DNA of 30,914 bases from a virus (lineage: Duplodnaviria > Caudoviricetes): IMG/VR virus record IMGVR_UViG_3300008255_000336, positions 1 to 30,914 of that record; one strand, written 5' to 3'. Positions 19,897 to 28,397 of this stretch are shown one piece after another (position 1 is the first letter of the stretch; every line of letters begins with the position of its first letter). The notes under the pieces were generated by a model. That model was not told where the DNA came from and searched no databases. It saw only the letters and a list, made by a program, of their open reading frames with translations. The position numbers and the translations under genes were made by a program.

Positions 19897-20194
19897 AAAC
19901 CCAATTATAATAACCGACTACTGACGTCTCGATCGGTTCTTCTTGAAAAACTGGCGGTCTGAGATCATAAGTAATAAATGGTCGAGGCCTACTAAAACCA
20001 TAGATCAGTTTTGTTAAAAATGGTTTCATGCTCCACTCTAAGTCGAGTCGTTGTTCTCGTAGTTTTGCTAACTCCTGTCTCTGTACAATTCCACGATTAT
20101 AGTCTTTGACTCGCTTCTTGTTTCTGGCCTTGATTCTCTTATTCTCGGCATCTACCCAATCTTTATATTGTTTCCACAATTCGGTTTTTATCAT
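19862..20194 (-). CDS. Hypothetical protein
   Basis: AAGGAG upstream; operon packing. Confidence 0.55.
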   Translation of the reverse strand: MIKTELWKQYKDWVDAENKRIKARNKKRVKDYNRGIVQRQELAKLREQRLDLEWSMKPFLTKLIYGFSRPRPFITYDLRPPVFQEEPIETSVVGYYNWVCERGEFENASN

Positions 20195-20196
20195 AG

Positions 20197-20757
20197 CTAA
20201 TTTTTACTCCTTATTTGTTTGTGTACTTGAAGATCGTCGCCCATTTCATCGGCTAGCTTGTAGAGGGCGATCAATTCGTCTCGAGTTAGTCGCTTGCTCT
20301 TACCACCTGACCCGTCAGTAGGGTATGGATAAAATAGTTTGTGACGTTGTAGGAAGGCTCTAAAAAATAGATTGCGCTCTCGCTTTTGACGATCGAGCAT
20401 CTCTTGGCGCTGTTTATTATACTTGCGTCGGACTTCTTCGATTGCAACTAAGAAACTTTGCCACTTGCTATAAGTAGTCTCGACACCGATGTAGTATTTG
20501 TTGGTGTAGTACTCTTGCTCACCTTCGAGCATTGCGTAAGCGGCCAATACCTGCACCGCTAAGCGCTTACTGATTCTACCGTCTAACTCGTAGTTAAATC
20601 GGCGAATGAGTAGGCCTTCTAGGATGGTGTCGTAGTCTAAGTTACGCTTTTCGCAGATCTTACGCAGTAGTCGCTCGGCGTTCTCTTTTTCAAACCCTAG
20701 ACCGTTTTTAGCCATGTTAGCTAGTGATCTTAGTCTGTCGTCGATTTCTTGATTCAT
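20197..20757 (-). CDS. DUF2786-like N-terminal domain protein
   Basis: RLRSLANMAKNG.GFEKENAERLLRKI resembles the DUF2786 pattern. Confidence 0.55.
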   Translation of the reverse strand: MNQEIDDRLRSLANMAKNGLGFEKENAERLLRKICEKRNLDYDTILEGLLIRRFNYELDGRISKRLAVQVLAAYAMLEGEQEYYTNKYYIGVETTYSKWQSFLVAIEEVRRKYNKQRQEMLDRQKRERNLFFRAFLQRHKLFYPYPTDGSGGKSKRLTRDELIALYKLADEMGDDLQVHKQIRSKN

Positions 20758-20987
20758 AGCCCGGCTACCTTTAATTGCTCCTCTGTAAAGTTACTCTCAA
20801 TGAGAGTGTCGAGTGTTTGCTGGACTCCCTCAGAATCCCACTCGCTGACGCCAACTGATCCGGCCATGAGAGTAGTAAAAATAAACTCCTCATCACCACC
20901 GTTTACACAACTGTTAATCATGTCTTGGACGATTAGGTTGTTGGCTGTTTGTCTGGTTACTATTCGATTAAAAACTTTGAATGACAT
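20754..20987 (-). CDS. Hypothetical protein
   Basis: AGGAG SD; ATGA overlap with next gene. Confidence 0.55.
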   Translation of the reverse strand: MSFKVFNRIVTRQTANNLIVQDMINSCVNGGDEEFIFTTLMAGSVGVSEWDSEGVQQTLDTLIESNFTEEQLKVAGL

Positions 20988-20991
20988 AGGT

Positions 20992-21417
20992 TTATCTCCT
21001 CTTGAGTTTGTAATGCTTTTTAAGCTCTAACTCTGTGCCGTCTGGCATATCTATTACGTTATTGTGGGTGTTGGTTTGGTAGACGTCGAGGGTGGCGAAT
21101 AAACCGAGTTGAGTTTCTTTTTTCTCTGCGTTCAACTCTTTAATATCGATCTCAAGCTCTAAGATCTGTTTGTTTCTGGCTCTCGCCATTGCCTTAGCTA
21201 CTTTGAGATCTCGCTGAGCTTCTTTGACCTTAGCCTGTGCCTCTGAGTAGTCGGCGTCGTTTTCGAGAGTATCTCGCAACATTTCACGCTTTAACTTGAG
21301 GTCTTGCTTTAATTGTTCTACTTGGCCGATCTGACGAATTGCATAACCTTTTACATCAATGGCCGGTCGCTCTATTACGATTTGAGCTGTCTCTTGATTG
21401 ACTAATGGGTTTGTCAT
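20992..21417 (-). CDS. Coiled-coil protein resembling a conserved Patescibacteria hypothetical family
   Basis: REML.D.LEND..Y.E...KVKEA...DGTELE pattern, recalled rather than searched; AAAGGG SD. Confidence 0.65.
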   Translation of the reverse strand: MTNPLVNQETAQIVIERPAIDVKGYAIRQIGQVEQLKQDLKLKREMLRDTLENDADYSEAQAKVKEAQRDLKVAKAMARARNKQILELEIDIKELNAEKKETQLGLFATLDVYQTNTHNNVIDMPDGTELELKKHYKLKRR

Positions 21418-21489
21418 TTTGTTGTTTCCCTTTTTTGTGTTCTTAATAATTTTTAGTTGTGGCCGACATTGATGTCGGTCGCAAATTGA

Positions 21490-21582
21490 TTACAGTTTTT
21501 TAAACAGTCGCCAGATAATCCATAGAGGAATACCGATCGGAAAAAACATAATCAAGAAAATAAAAATGATTGCTTTTTTCAT
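21490..21582 (-). CDS. 30-aa membrane peptide (absent from ORF track)
   Basis: MKKAIIFIFLIMFFPIGIPLWIIWRLFKKL; AAAGGAG SD. Confidence 0.55.
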   Translation of the reverse strand: MKKAIIFIFLIMFFPIGIPLWIIWRLFKKL

Positions 21583-21591
21583 AGACTCCTT

Positions 21592-21714
21592 TCAATACTC
21601 AAGTAATATGTCTCTGATCCAATCTAAAAACTCTACTAATGGGTCTGGCATCCACGACTTATCACGTAAGAAAGTAACTTGCCAGTAGATCCATACCCTT
21701 AGTTTATTTAGCAT
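21592..21714 (-). CDS. 40-aa hypothetical peptide (absent from ORF track)
   Basis: MLNKLRVWIYWQVTFLRDKSWMPDPLVEFLDWIRDILLEY fills the intergenic gap. Confidence 0.45.
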   Translation of the reverse strand: MLNKLRVWIYWQVTFLRDKSWMPDPLVEFLDWIRDILLEY

Positions 21715-21961
21715 CTTCTGGATCTGGAGAATCATACTTTATAGTTACGGCTGGCAATGCTGGGGGCATTGTGCCATGTTCTACCGGCTCAAATGACTCA
21801 TGCTCAACGAACATGACCATTGAGTTAGTCATAGGGTCGAAGGTGGTAGCTACTACCCTGCTGTTTTCTGGTATCCCGTCCTTAATAACTTTGTAGCTAT
21901 ACCCTTGAGTAAAGATGTGCTTAAAGCTATCGATACCTACTAAAAATCGTTTGACTCCCAT
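21704..21961 (-). CDS. Hypothetical phage protein
   Basis: AAGGAG SD; GIPENSRVV...HESFEPVEHG. Confidence 0.6.
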   Translation of the reverse strand: MGVKRFLVGIDSFKHIFTQGYSYKVIKDGIPENSRVVATTFDPMTNSMVMFVEHESFEPVEHGTMPPALPAVTIKYDSPDPEDAK

Positions 21962-21973
21962 AGTTTTGTCTCC

Positions 21974-22303
21974 TTAATTGATCTTGGATGCTTTCAAGAT
22001 CTCTGCTGTTAGTATTGATATTACCTCTCTGGTGGCCTCTCTACGGTGTAGATCGATGTCGTTGTCGTGGCGCTTTTGTAAGGCATCCACTACGTCGGTC
22101 ATCTTGGTAATTGCGACCTCAACCTCTCTACTAAGTAGATAGATCTCTGCGCCGTTCATTGCTTGATTGAAAGTGTCGGCATCGACTTTGCCTGCCTGAA
22201 AGTTTCTTGTGGTTTGGATAATTCCGGCTATAACTTCACGTACCGACATCTCGGTAGCCTTCTTTTCCTGTTTTCTTTTTAGCTTTGCCTGTTTACCGCT
22301 CAT
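21974..22303 (-). CDS. Hypothetical protein
   Basis: GAAAGGA SD; basic N-terminus. Confidence 0.6.
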   Translation of the reverse strand: MSGKQAKLKRKQEKKATEMSVREVIAGIIQTTRNFQAGKVDADTFNQAMNGAEIYLLSREVEVAITKMTDVVDALQKRHDNDIDLHRREATREVISILTAEILKASKIN

Positions 22304-22406
22304 AGCGTCCTTTCAAGATCAAACCCGGCGGCGTTTTACCGCCGGGAATCTTAGAGAGTTTGTGTTCAGACAAACGAAAACTTGGTATAGTGATCCTTCG
22401 TCTGAT

Positions 22407-22442
22407 ACAGTAATTAAAGCACATTATTTATATGATTGTCAA
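22407..22442 (-). promoter_or_regulatory. Sigma70-type promoter, conserved phage motif copy 1
   Basis: TTGACA-18 nt-TTTAAT, within AATGTGCTTTAATTAC. Confidence 0.75.
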
Positions 22443-22443
22443 G

Positions 22444-22857
22444 CTATGCTTTATGACTCTCTTTGACTCCTAAGTTTGAGTCTACTAATGTTAGTTTTGT
22501 ACCTGCCGGCTGAGACTTTAACCAATCTTTAGCCAGCTTCCACTTGAGACGCCATGTATCGGTCGGGTATCCCTTTACTTCGACGTACTCTAACGACTCG
22601 TCTTTATGGTGGATCAAAAAGTCGAGTTTGTAACTAGCTACTCTCGTTTTGTTTATCCCGTAGAGATCGATAGCTACTTGGCGATTATAGCCTATTATGC
22701 GTTTCAGTCTAACGTCATCATCAAGAATAAGCGAGTACTCATACTCTAGTTTTGAGTCAAAAGTACCTTTGTAACTCTTTACCTTGCTAGCGTTAAACTT
22801 ATTACCTACTGAGTTTTTTCTAGTTTGATTAAACTTAGAAAACTTTAGCATTGTCAC
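22444..22857 (-). CDS. DUF1064-family PD-(D/E)XK nuclease
   Basis: NKFNA...FDSKLE...YKLDF...VEVKG...WRLKWKL signature. Confidence 0.85.
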   Translation of the reverse strand: MTMLKFSKFNQTRKNSVGNKFNASKVKSYKGTFDSKLEYEYSLILDDDVRLKRIIGYNRQVAIDLYGINKTRVASYKLDFLIHHKDESLEYVEVKGYPTDTWRLKWKLAKDWLKSQPAGTKLTLVDSNLGVKESHKA

Positions 22858-23111
22858 TTTGTACCCCTAAGCCTATCCACAACGCTAACGATGTTAGCAC
22901 CTGATATCTTACGATCTCCGGTCTTTGAGAATGGCCTAAAAAAGAGTTTGTTGTAGTCCTCGTCCTGTTGCATTTTATAATCCCATTGTCTGACCGAGTT
23001 ACGATTCCTAAAAAGCTCAAGGCTGATAAGCACATTAAAGTACTCACCGATCGTATAGAGTGAGTCGTTATTGAGATCTTTATATTTAATTGGTCTGATT
23101 ATTTTCGGCAT
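22854..23111 (-). CDS. Putative MerR/excisionase-like HTH DNA-binding protein
   Basis: YTIGE...RNSVRQWD...GDRKIS pattern. Confidence 0.45.
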   Translation of the reverse strand: MPKIIRPIKYKDLNNDSLYTIGEYFNVLISLELFRNRNSVRQWDYKMQQDEDYNKLFFRPFSKTGDRKISGANIVSVVDRLRGTK

Positions 23112-23283
23112 GGTCGATATCTCCTTCGTCGCTAATTAGTGTTTTAACTAGCTCTCTAAGGTATTTGATCTCCGAGTCCTTCTGATCGATTAGTAGAGTC
23201 ATCATCTCTACTTTAACCTCGGCCAATGACTGCTCGGTTTGTTTTGGCTTTGGGCTGGTTGGTTGTTTATCTGATTTTGCCAT
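23086..23283 (-). CDS. Small coiled-coil protein
   Basis: LIDQKDSEIKYLRELV. Confidence 0.55.
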   Translation of the reverse strand: MAKSDKQPTSPKPKQTEQSLAEVKVEMMTLLIDQKDSEIKYLRELVKTLISDEGDIDHAENNQTN

Positions 23284-23549
23284 AGATCCAAGTTCCTAAA
23301 AAGTAAACTATTATAATTACTAATAATAACACTACTGCATCGATCGGCATAAACTTATACTTGATTACAGGATAGCCGGCGTCGCTTCGAGCAATGTCTT
23401 TATATTCCCAAAAGTCGGCGGACTTCTCAATGCGACGTACTGTAGTCTCAGATACGCCGGTTTTCTTTACCGTTTGAGCAAACTGTGAGGCGATCATCCT
23501 CTAGGCAGTTTTTGACTTCATTAAATAAGGGCAGAGTTATTTTTTTCAT
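23267..23549 (-). pseudogene. HTH + C-terminal TM gene split by a 1-nt frameshift near 23480-23482
   Basis: ATG 23549 overlaps the previous stop (ATGA) and reads MKKITLPLFNEVKNCLEDDRLTV. Removing one T from GTTT joins it to AQTVKKTGVSETTVRRIEKS, completing an HTH. Confidence 0.6.
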
Positions 23550-23782
23550 TCTCTGATAGCCTTTCGTTGGTACTTTTTATAATTACGATCTATTTCAATG
23601 CTTGTAGCAGAGTGCATTTTTAGTATTTTCTTTATCTGTAAGTCGGTATCATCTACCACCTGCTCATCAACTTTGCCGATAGCTTCTAACGAGATTACTC
23701 TAGTGAGTAAGCCCGTTAGATTGCTATTAAGGTTCATTGAGTTAATTAAATGTTGAGTTAGTACGTCGCTATATTTAGACAT
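23546..23782 (-). CDS. Hypothetical protein
   Basis: Coupled to upstream gene. Confidence 0.55.
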   Translation of the reverse strand: MSKYSDVLTQHLINSMNLNSNLTGLLTRVISLEAIGKVDEQVVDDTDLQIKKILKMHSATSIEIDRNYKKYQRKAIRE

Positions 23783-25724
23783 AGTATCCTTGCGCTCTAA
23801 TTAGATCTCTCTCGCCGGGTTTCATAATCAAGCAATCACCATTACCTAACAATCGCTCTGCTCCGGTCTGATCTAACACAACCTTTGAGTCGATACTGGT
23901 TGAAACCATGTAGCAGACACGAGTAGGTAGGTTAGCTTTAAATGATCCTTTGATGACGTCTACACTTGGCCTCTGAGTAGCTAGGATTAAGTGAATACCG
24001 CTAGCCCTAGACTTCTGAGCCAATCTAACTAACATCATCTCGATTTCTTCTGCATAAGAGCGTTTGTAACTTTTCTCTTTGCCGTCGAGTTCTTGCTTTT
24101 CGACGTAGTTGTCTGGGTTCTGCAAAATGTCTGCCAACTCATCAACTACTATAACTACTCTGCTCATCTTAGTTTGTGCAATACTTTTTACTTTACGTCG
24201 TTTTAACTCGATGTAGCGTTGCTCCATGAGATCGACCATAGATGTTAATAACTTGTGGATATCTCCAATTTCAGAGTACACACCTCGTACACACTTCTCG
24301 CCCTCTAAGTGAGAAAACTCTGTGCGCTTTGGATCGACTAGGTGAAGTTGCAAACTGTTATTACTGTTCTGTTGAATTAAGGTGGTTATCATTGCCTCGA
24401 GTCCTATTGACTTACCGCTACCGGTTGCGCCGGCTACGAGTACATGAGGGGCAGACTCTAGGTTAATTGATACCTTATTCTTGTAAACGTCCTCACCTAC
24501 TGGCATTATCAACGATCGGTTATTTTCTAACTCTGGCAATTTAACAAAGTCTTGTTTTTCGTTTGAGAGTTCGATACCGACGTATTGAGTACCGGGAATT
24601 GGTGAGATTATGCGAGCTGACATACTGCCGGTAGCTTGCATCACATCAGGCTCGTGTTTTTGTAAGCTAGCCATCTTCACACCAACGCCGGGTAAGAATC
24701 GATACAATGTGGCGCTTGATCCCTTGAATTGATCGACATACTGTAGGTTTTGGCCGAAGTCTTGTAGTTTAACGATTATTTTCTCGTGAGGCTCTTTAGC
24801 TTCCATTACTGCGGTGTTAGCAATAGATGGCTCGAATTGCTTAGCCTGTACCTGCATGAGTGGTGACTTATTGACGATCTGAGGCATAACCAAGTCGTCG
24901 AGTGAGTCTTTGCGGTACTCCTCCCACACCTTACCGCCGAGCATACGATCCATAAAGTTAGGTTTAAACACTTTGTTAGGATTCGATAGATCGATGATGA
25001 TTGTGTCGTAAAGGTTTAAAAATACCTGTTTCCAGTCGTTAGTTTTCTCAAAGTCAATATAGATGAGGTTTGTTTGTTTACCGCCGTTACGATTCACGCT
25101 TGGCTTAATCTCAAAGAAGTAATAACCTCTCATCGGTCGGCCATACTTAGCCAACATAGCGAAGTAGTTAGCGGCCGCCTGTAGATTGTATTTTGCAAGT
25201 GAGACGTGATCGTCGCTTGTCTGTAGGTCTGCTTTAGTCTCTGTGAGAGATCGAGTAGTTTTCCAATCCCAACCGTAGATCTCGCCGTCAATCTCAGTAA
25301 CAAGGTCAGTAATTGCTTTAATTGGTACGGGAGACATCACACCGTCGCCGGTGTCAAAGTTGGCCGTGTTCTCTACCTCAGCGCCGATAACCTTACCGAC
25401 ACTTGGTAACTCGTTAGTGAAAAACTTAACTAGGTTTGCTAACTCTGCTTTACACTTATCACGTGATCCGGTTTTACCCCAATCGATTTTAGATGCTGGT
25501 CGCTCGTCGATTATCTGAATAGCGTCGGCCATTGCGATATCGTGGGCTACACCCTTAAACATCATCTCTGCGTATTTGTGGAAGGCAGAGCCGACTAACA
25601 TAGACGGTGTGCCTAAAAACAAGTCGTATCGGCTCTCAATGTATTTTAAAAACCAAGCATACTCATTGTTAGCATAGAGCGACATTGAGCTGTAGCTTAG
25701 GTGTTCGATTGGTAAAGTGTTCAT
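23775..25724 (-). CDS. PD-(D/E)XK (RecB/Cas4-like) nuclease fused to FtsK/SpoIIIE-type ATPase
   Basis: N-terminus LSYSS...GSAFH...E...IKAITDLV...DWKT; C-terminus ARIISPIPGTQYVGIELSN, PHVLVAGATGSGKS, LVDPKRTEF, VIVVDELADIL, RLAQKSRASGIHLILATQRPS, GAERLLGNGD. Confidence 0.9.
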   Translation of the reverse strand: MNTLPIEHLSYSSMSLYANNEYAWFLKYIESRYDLFLGTPSMLVGSAFHKYAEMMFKGVAHDIAMADAIQIIDERPASKIDWGKTGSRDKCKAELANLVKFFTNELPSVGKVIGAEVENTANFDTGDGVMSPVPIKAITDLVTEIDGEIYGWDWKTTRSLTETKADLQTSDDHVSLAKYNLQAAANYFAMLAKYGRPMRGYYFFEIKPSVNRNGGKQTNLIYIDFEKTNDWKQVFLNLYDTIIIDLSNPNKVFKPNFMDRMLGGKVWEEYRKDSLDDLVMPQIVNKSPLMQVQAKQFEPSIANTAVMEAKEPHEKIIVKLQDFGQNLQYVDQFKGSSATLYRFLPGVGVKMASLQKHEPDVMQATGSMSARIISPIPGTQYVGIELSNEKQDFVKLPELENNRSLIMPVGEDVYKNKVSINLESAPHVLVAGATGSGKSIGLEAMITTLIQQNSNNSLQLHLVDPKRTEFSHLEGEKCVRGVYSEIGDIHKLLTSMVDLMEQRYIELKRRKVKSIAQTKMSRVVIVVDELADILQNPDNYVEKQELDGKEKSYKRSYAEEIEMMLVRLAQKSRASGIHLILATQRPSVDVIKGSFKANLPTRVCYMVSTSIDSKVVLDQTGAERLLGNGDCLIMKPGERDLIRAQGYYV

Positions 25725-25758
25725 ATATCCCTTTTTTGTTTATTACTAATTTGTCTGT

Positions 25759-25793
25759 ACTGTAATTAAAGCACATTAAAATTAGCTTTGCAA
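25759..25793 (-). promoter_or_regulatory. Sigma70-type promoter, conserved phage motif copy 2
   Basis: TTGCAA-17 nt-TTTAAT, within AATGTGCTTTAATTAC. Confidence 0.75.
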
Positions 25794-26870
25794 CTGTGAT
25801 TTTAAATCGTTAATTAAGTCTAGTAACTGTTGGTCGCTTAGATCTTTAATCGACTTGATACCTAGTATTTTTTTCTGCTCCTCGTGAGTGCGTTTTAGGC
25901 TTTTGAGCATACCGAAATAGGTATTTAACATCCATTGACGATCGAATCCGCCGTTATCTTGTACACTCTTAGCTTTTGTATCTTGAGGTGTTTCGTTGAT
26001 TACTTGTGCATCTTGTACACTTTCGGCCGGTTTGTTTCGATTCATCTTTTTAGCCACAAAGTCATTGACGTTGTTTTGAGTGGCCGGTGATCCTTCCGGT
26101 GATCCGTCGATTACCACATCGTCAGGTGTGTTGTCTGGGTAGTCCAATCTATCGCCATCGACTACGGCCTGATCCGCTACTTGAGCCTTAGACATTGCAA
26201 CGCTCATCGGTGCGTACTTAGATAACAGAGTTTTTAAAACTGTTTTCTTTGCCATAGATTCAAAGTCATCAACCCATAGGCCGTAACCTTTGCGGAATGA
26301 CTTAGAGAATCGTTTACCGTGCTTTTGTAGTTGAGGGATTGATTGATAGTATTGTTTATTAAAACCGTTAGACAATTCCATATAGGCAACGTAGCCGATT
26401 GTTACTGCCTTCTCTCTAGCCTCATCCTCTAACCACTCGAAGATCATATCGCCAGTTAATCGATTGACGCCTTTAATTTCGCCCTCTTTAACATCGGTGA
26501 CGTTTAACTTAGCAAACTCACCGGATCTCATGGCTAATTGAATAAAACCCTTATAGCCGATCTGAAACTGTGCGATCTGAGTACCGCCCTGATTCTTGTC
26601 TTTGTAGGGAATGATATAAGCAAAGCCGAGGTTTTGATTGATTGGTAAATCGAGAGTTGCGGCCAATAAACAGGCAGACATTACACTCTTTTTGTCAGCC
26701 TCTTTTAAGATGTGATTGCTATTCACCAATGAAACAACCGAAGTAATAAACTGTTGGCTACGAGCGCCTAGAGTTTCCTCGATCATTTTTCTAGTAACGT
26801 CTTGGCTCATGTACTGAGCGATTGAGACTTTGGGGTCTATTGTGGCCGGGAGATTGTTATTTTTTGTCAT
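25782..26870 (-). CDS. recT: RecT-family single-strand annealing recombinase (start reassigned to ATG 26870)
   Basis: LGFAYIIPY, AQFQIGYKGFIQLAMRSG, MAKKTVLK.LLSKYAPMS; GAAAGGA SD before ATG 26870. Confidence 0.92.
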   Translation of the reverse strand: MTKNNNLPATIDPKVSIAQYMSQDVTRKMIEETLGARSQQFITSVVSLVNSNHILKEADKKSVMSACLLAATLDLPINQNLGFAYIIPYKDKNQGGTQIAQFQIGYKGFIQLAMRSGEFAKLNVTDVKEGEIKGVNRLTGDMIFEWLEDEAREKAVTIGYVAYMELSNGFNKQYYQSIPQLQKHGKRFSKSFRKGYGLWVDDFESMAKKTVLKTLLSKYAPMSVAMSKAQVADQAVVDGDRLDYPDNTPDDVVIDGSPEGSPATQNNVNDFVAKKMNRNKPAESVQDAQVINETPQDTKAKSVQDNGGFDRQWMLNTYFGMLKSLKRTHEEQKKILGIKSIKDLSDQQLLDLINDLKSQLQS

Positions 26871-26908
26871 GTGTTCCTTTCGTTTATAATTTGTCTGAAT
26901 CATAACTA

Positions 26909-26942
26909 AATGTAATTATAGACTATTATAGATCGTTGTCAA
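26909..26942 (-). promoter_or_regulatory. Sigma70-type promoter upstream of recT
   Basis: TTGACA-16 nt-TATAAT followed by TACA, as in the other early promoters. Confidence 0.6.
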
Positions 26943-27147
26943 TGATCCATGTCTCGAAGTTAAACTCATTACCCTTTTTCATAACTTCACAATTAAACTG
27001 CTCCTCACAATGACGATTTGAGCAACGAAGTTTAAACACTTCCAAGCCTTCGGGTAGTTCTTTTAAATCATCGATCATTACTTCCGGATCGTGAGCTGTA
27101 TCACAATAAGGGCAGATGATGTGTGATAGGTTAAATGTATCGACCAT
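26926..27147 (-). CDS. Small zinc-ribbon protein
   Basis: CPYC...CSNRHC; AAGGAG SD. Confidence 0.65.
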   Translation of the reverse strand: MVDTFNLSHIICPYCDTAHDPEVMIDDLKELPEGLEVFKLRCSNRHCEEQFNCEVMKKGNEFNFETWIIDNDL

Positions 27148-27159
27148 AGGTTTGTCTCC

Positions 27160-27657
27160 TTATAAATAATGACTTGGTACTTTTTCGTTAGCCAATTCAA
27201 TTAAGTGTTTTTGTACTAACTGCATCTCTGGGTTGCGCCATGATCCGATACCGTAGACTCTCGGATTGCTGTAGTGGTAGTGATTAGCGTCGATGTGAGC
27301 TTGGCAGGCTTCGGCAGTAAAGAATACGCCGCAGGTTTCTACTTCTAACTTTTGCTCTACTCTATAACTCCAAAAACACTCAGGATCGCAGTCGTCGCAA
27401 TGATCTGGCAACTCCTCGCCGTTTTCGTGAAGATCTGCGCATTTTTCGCATAGCATATCTAGGTCGTAGTAGTCGCTATCTTTTCGCTCTTGATCCTCTG
27501 CTAAATAGTCAGGGGCAGGTACTTTGACATCAACCATAACGGCGAACATTACGTTTTGAGTAGCTCGGTTGTCTTGCTTAGCCATCCTCTGACCAATGTC
27601 TACTAATTCGGCATCTTCAATTATTTGTTTTGTTACTTTGCAATTTGGGTTAGGCAT
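27160..27657 (-). CDS. Conserved phage early protein (Ead/Ea22-associated-like domain)
   Basis: QDNRAT...FFTAEACQAHIDANHYHY.NPRVY...RNPEM pattern. Confidence 0.55.
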   Translation of the reverse strand: MPNPNCKVTKQIIEDAELVDIGQRMAKQDNRATQNVMFAVMVDVKVPAPDYLAEDQERKDSDYYDLDMLCEKCADLHENGEELPDHCDDCDPECFWSYRVEQKLEVETCGVFFTAEACQAHIDANHYHYSNPRVYGIGSWRNPEMQLVQKHLIELANEKVPSHYL

Positions 27658-27659
27658 GA

Positions 27660-28271
27660 TTAGACCTCCTGATAACTTTTATACTTAGTACCCCACTTAA
27701 TAGCTTCGTCGTATGTGTTGAAAAATAAATCGAATCTGGCCTCGCCTTTAATAGATCCGCCCACATCTTCACAAGTGACGACTCCTACCCCTTCGATCTC
27801 GAATTGTTTACCGAGGTACTTAGCAGGGCAGGCTACAGTTTTTAAGTGTCTTGGAGTTGTGCCGGTAGCTGTTCTACCGTTTACTGAGTTTTTTAAGCTA
27901 GGGCAGTTCATGGCTATTTGATCCTCTGTCATCGTAGGATCGCAAGTATAAGCCGTGATTTTAGCTAACTGCTTAACCGGTGGCTCGATCGGGAGTTGCA
28001 CCACATTTTCGGACTCGTCTACTGTGACGTTAGCCCGCAAGTCACCGGTTAAACCGTCAGCGTCAGCACGTGGTAAAAATTGAGACTCGTAGTTTTCAGG
28101 TAATGGACTTAATAGCTCTACTGGTTGGTTGTAGTAAATTGAGTAAGCGATTGTCAGTCCTACTAAAAAGCCGGCAATAGAGACGCCGATTAAAATTAGT
28201 TTTCTTAGGTTGCCTACTGTGAGAATAAGTGAGTCAGTAATAAAGATTACTTGATGTTGTTCTTTTGTCAT
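27660..28271 (-). CDS. Membrane-anchored 3D-domain (MltA-like) cell-wall enzyme
   Basis: N-terminal TM; ITAY...TATG...VACP...CEDVGGSIKG..RFDLFF...AIKWG signature. Confidence 0.85.
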   Translation of the reverse strand: MTKEQHQVIFITDSLILTVGNLRKLILIGVSIAGFLVGLTIAYSIYYNQPVELLSPLPENYESQFLPRADADGLTGDLRANVTVDESENVVQLPIEPPVKQLAKITAYTCDPTMTEDQIAMNCPSLKNSVNGRTATGTTPRHLKTVACPAKYLGKQFEIEGVGVVTCEDVGGSIKGEARFDLFFNTYDEAIKWGTKYKSYQEV

Positions 28272-28306
28272 AATGTAATTAAAGCATATTATGTCGGTTG
28301 GTGCAA
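28272..28306 (-). promoter_or_regulatory. Sigma70-type promoter, conserved motif copy 3, predicted leaderless
   Basis: TTGCAC-17 nt-TTTAAT-6 nt-ATG, within AATATGCTTTAATTAC. Confidence 0.8.
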
Positions 28307-28397
28307 GTGGGTAATTTCTTGGGGTCGTTTTTTCTCTTTAATTGTTTGATTCTTTTTTTACCTTACTTTTAATACTTAGTTAAGTTTATTTAAAAAG

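Noticed and set aside
23498-23521. In-frame TAG upstream of the 23497 ORF suggesting stop-codon recoding
   Set aside because: Genes are full length in the standard code and TAG/TGA act as real stops; a 1-nt frameshift explains the locus better.
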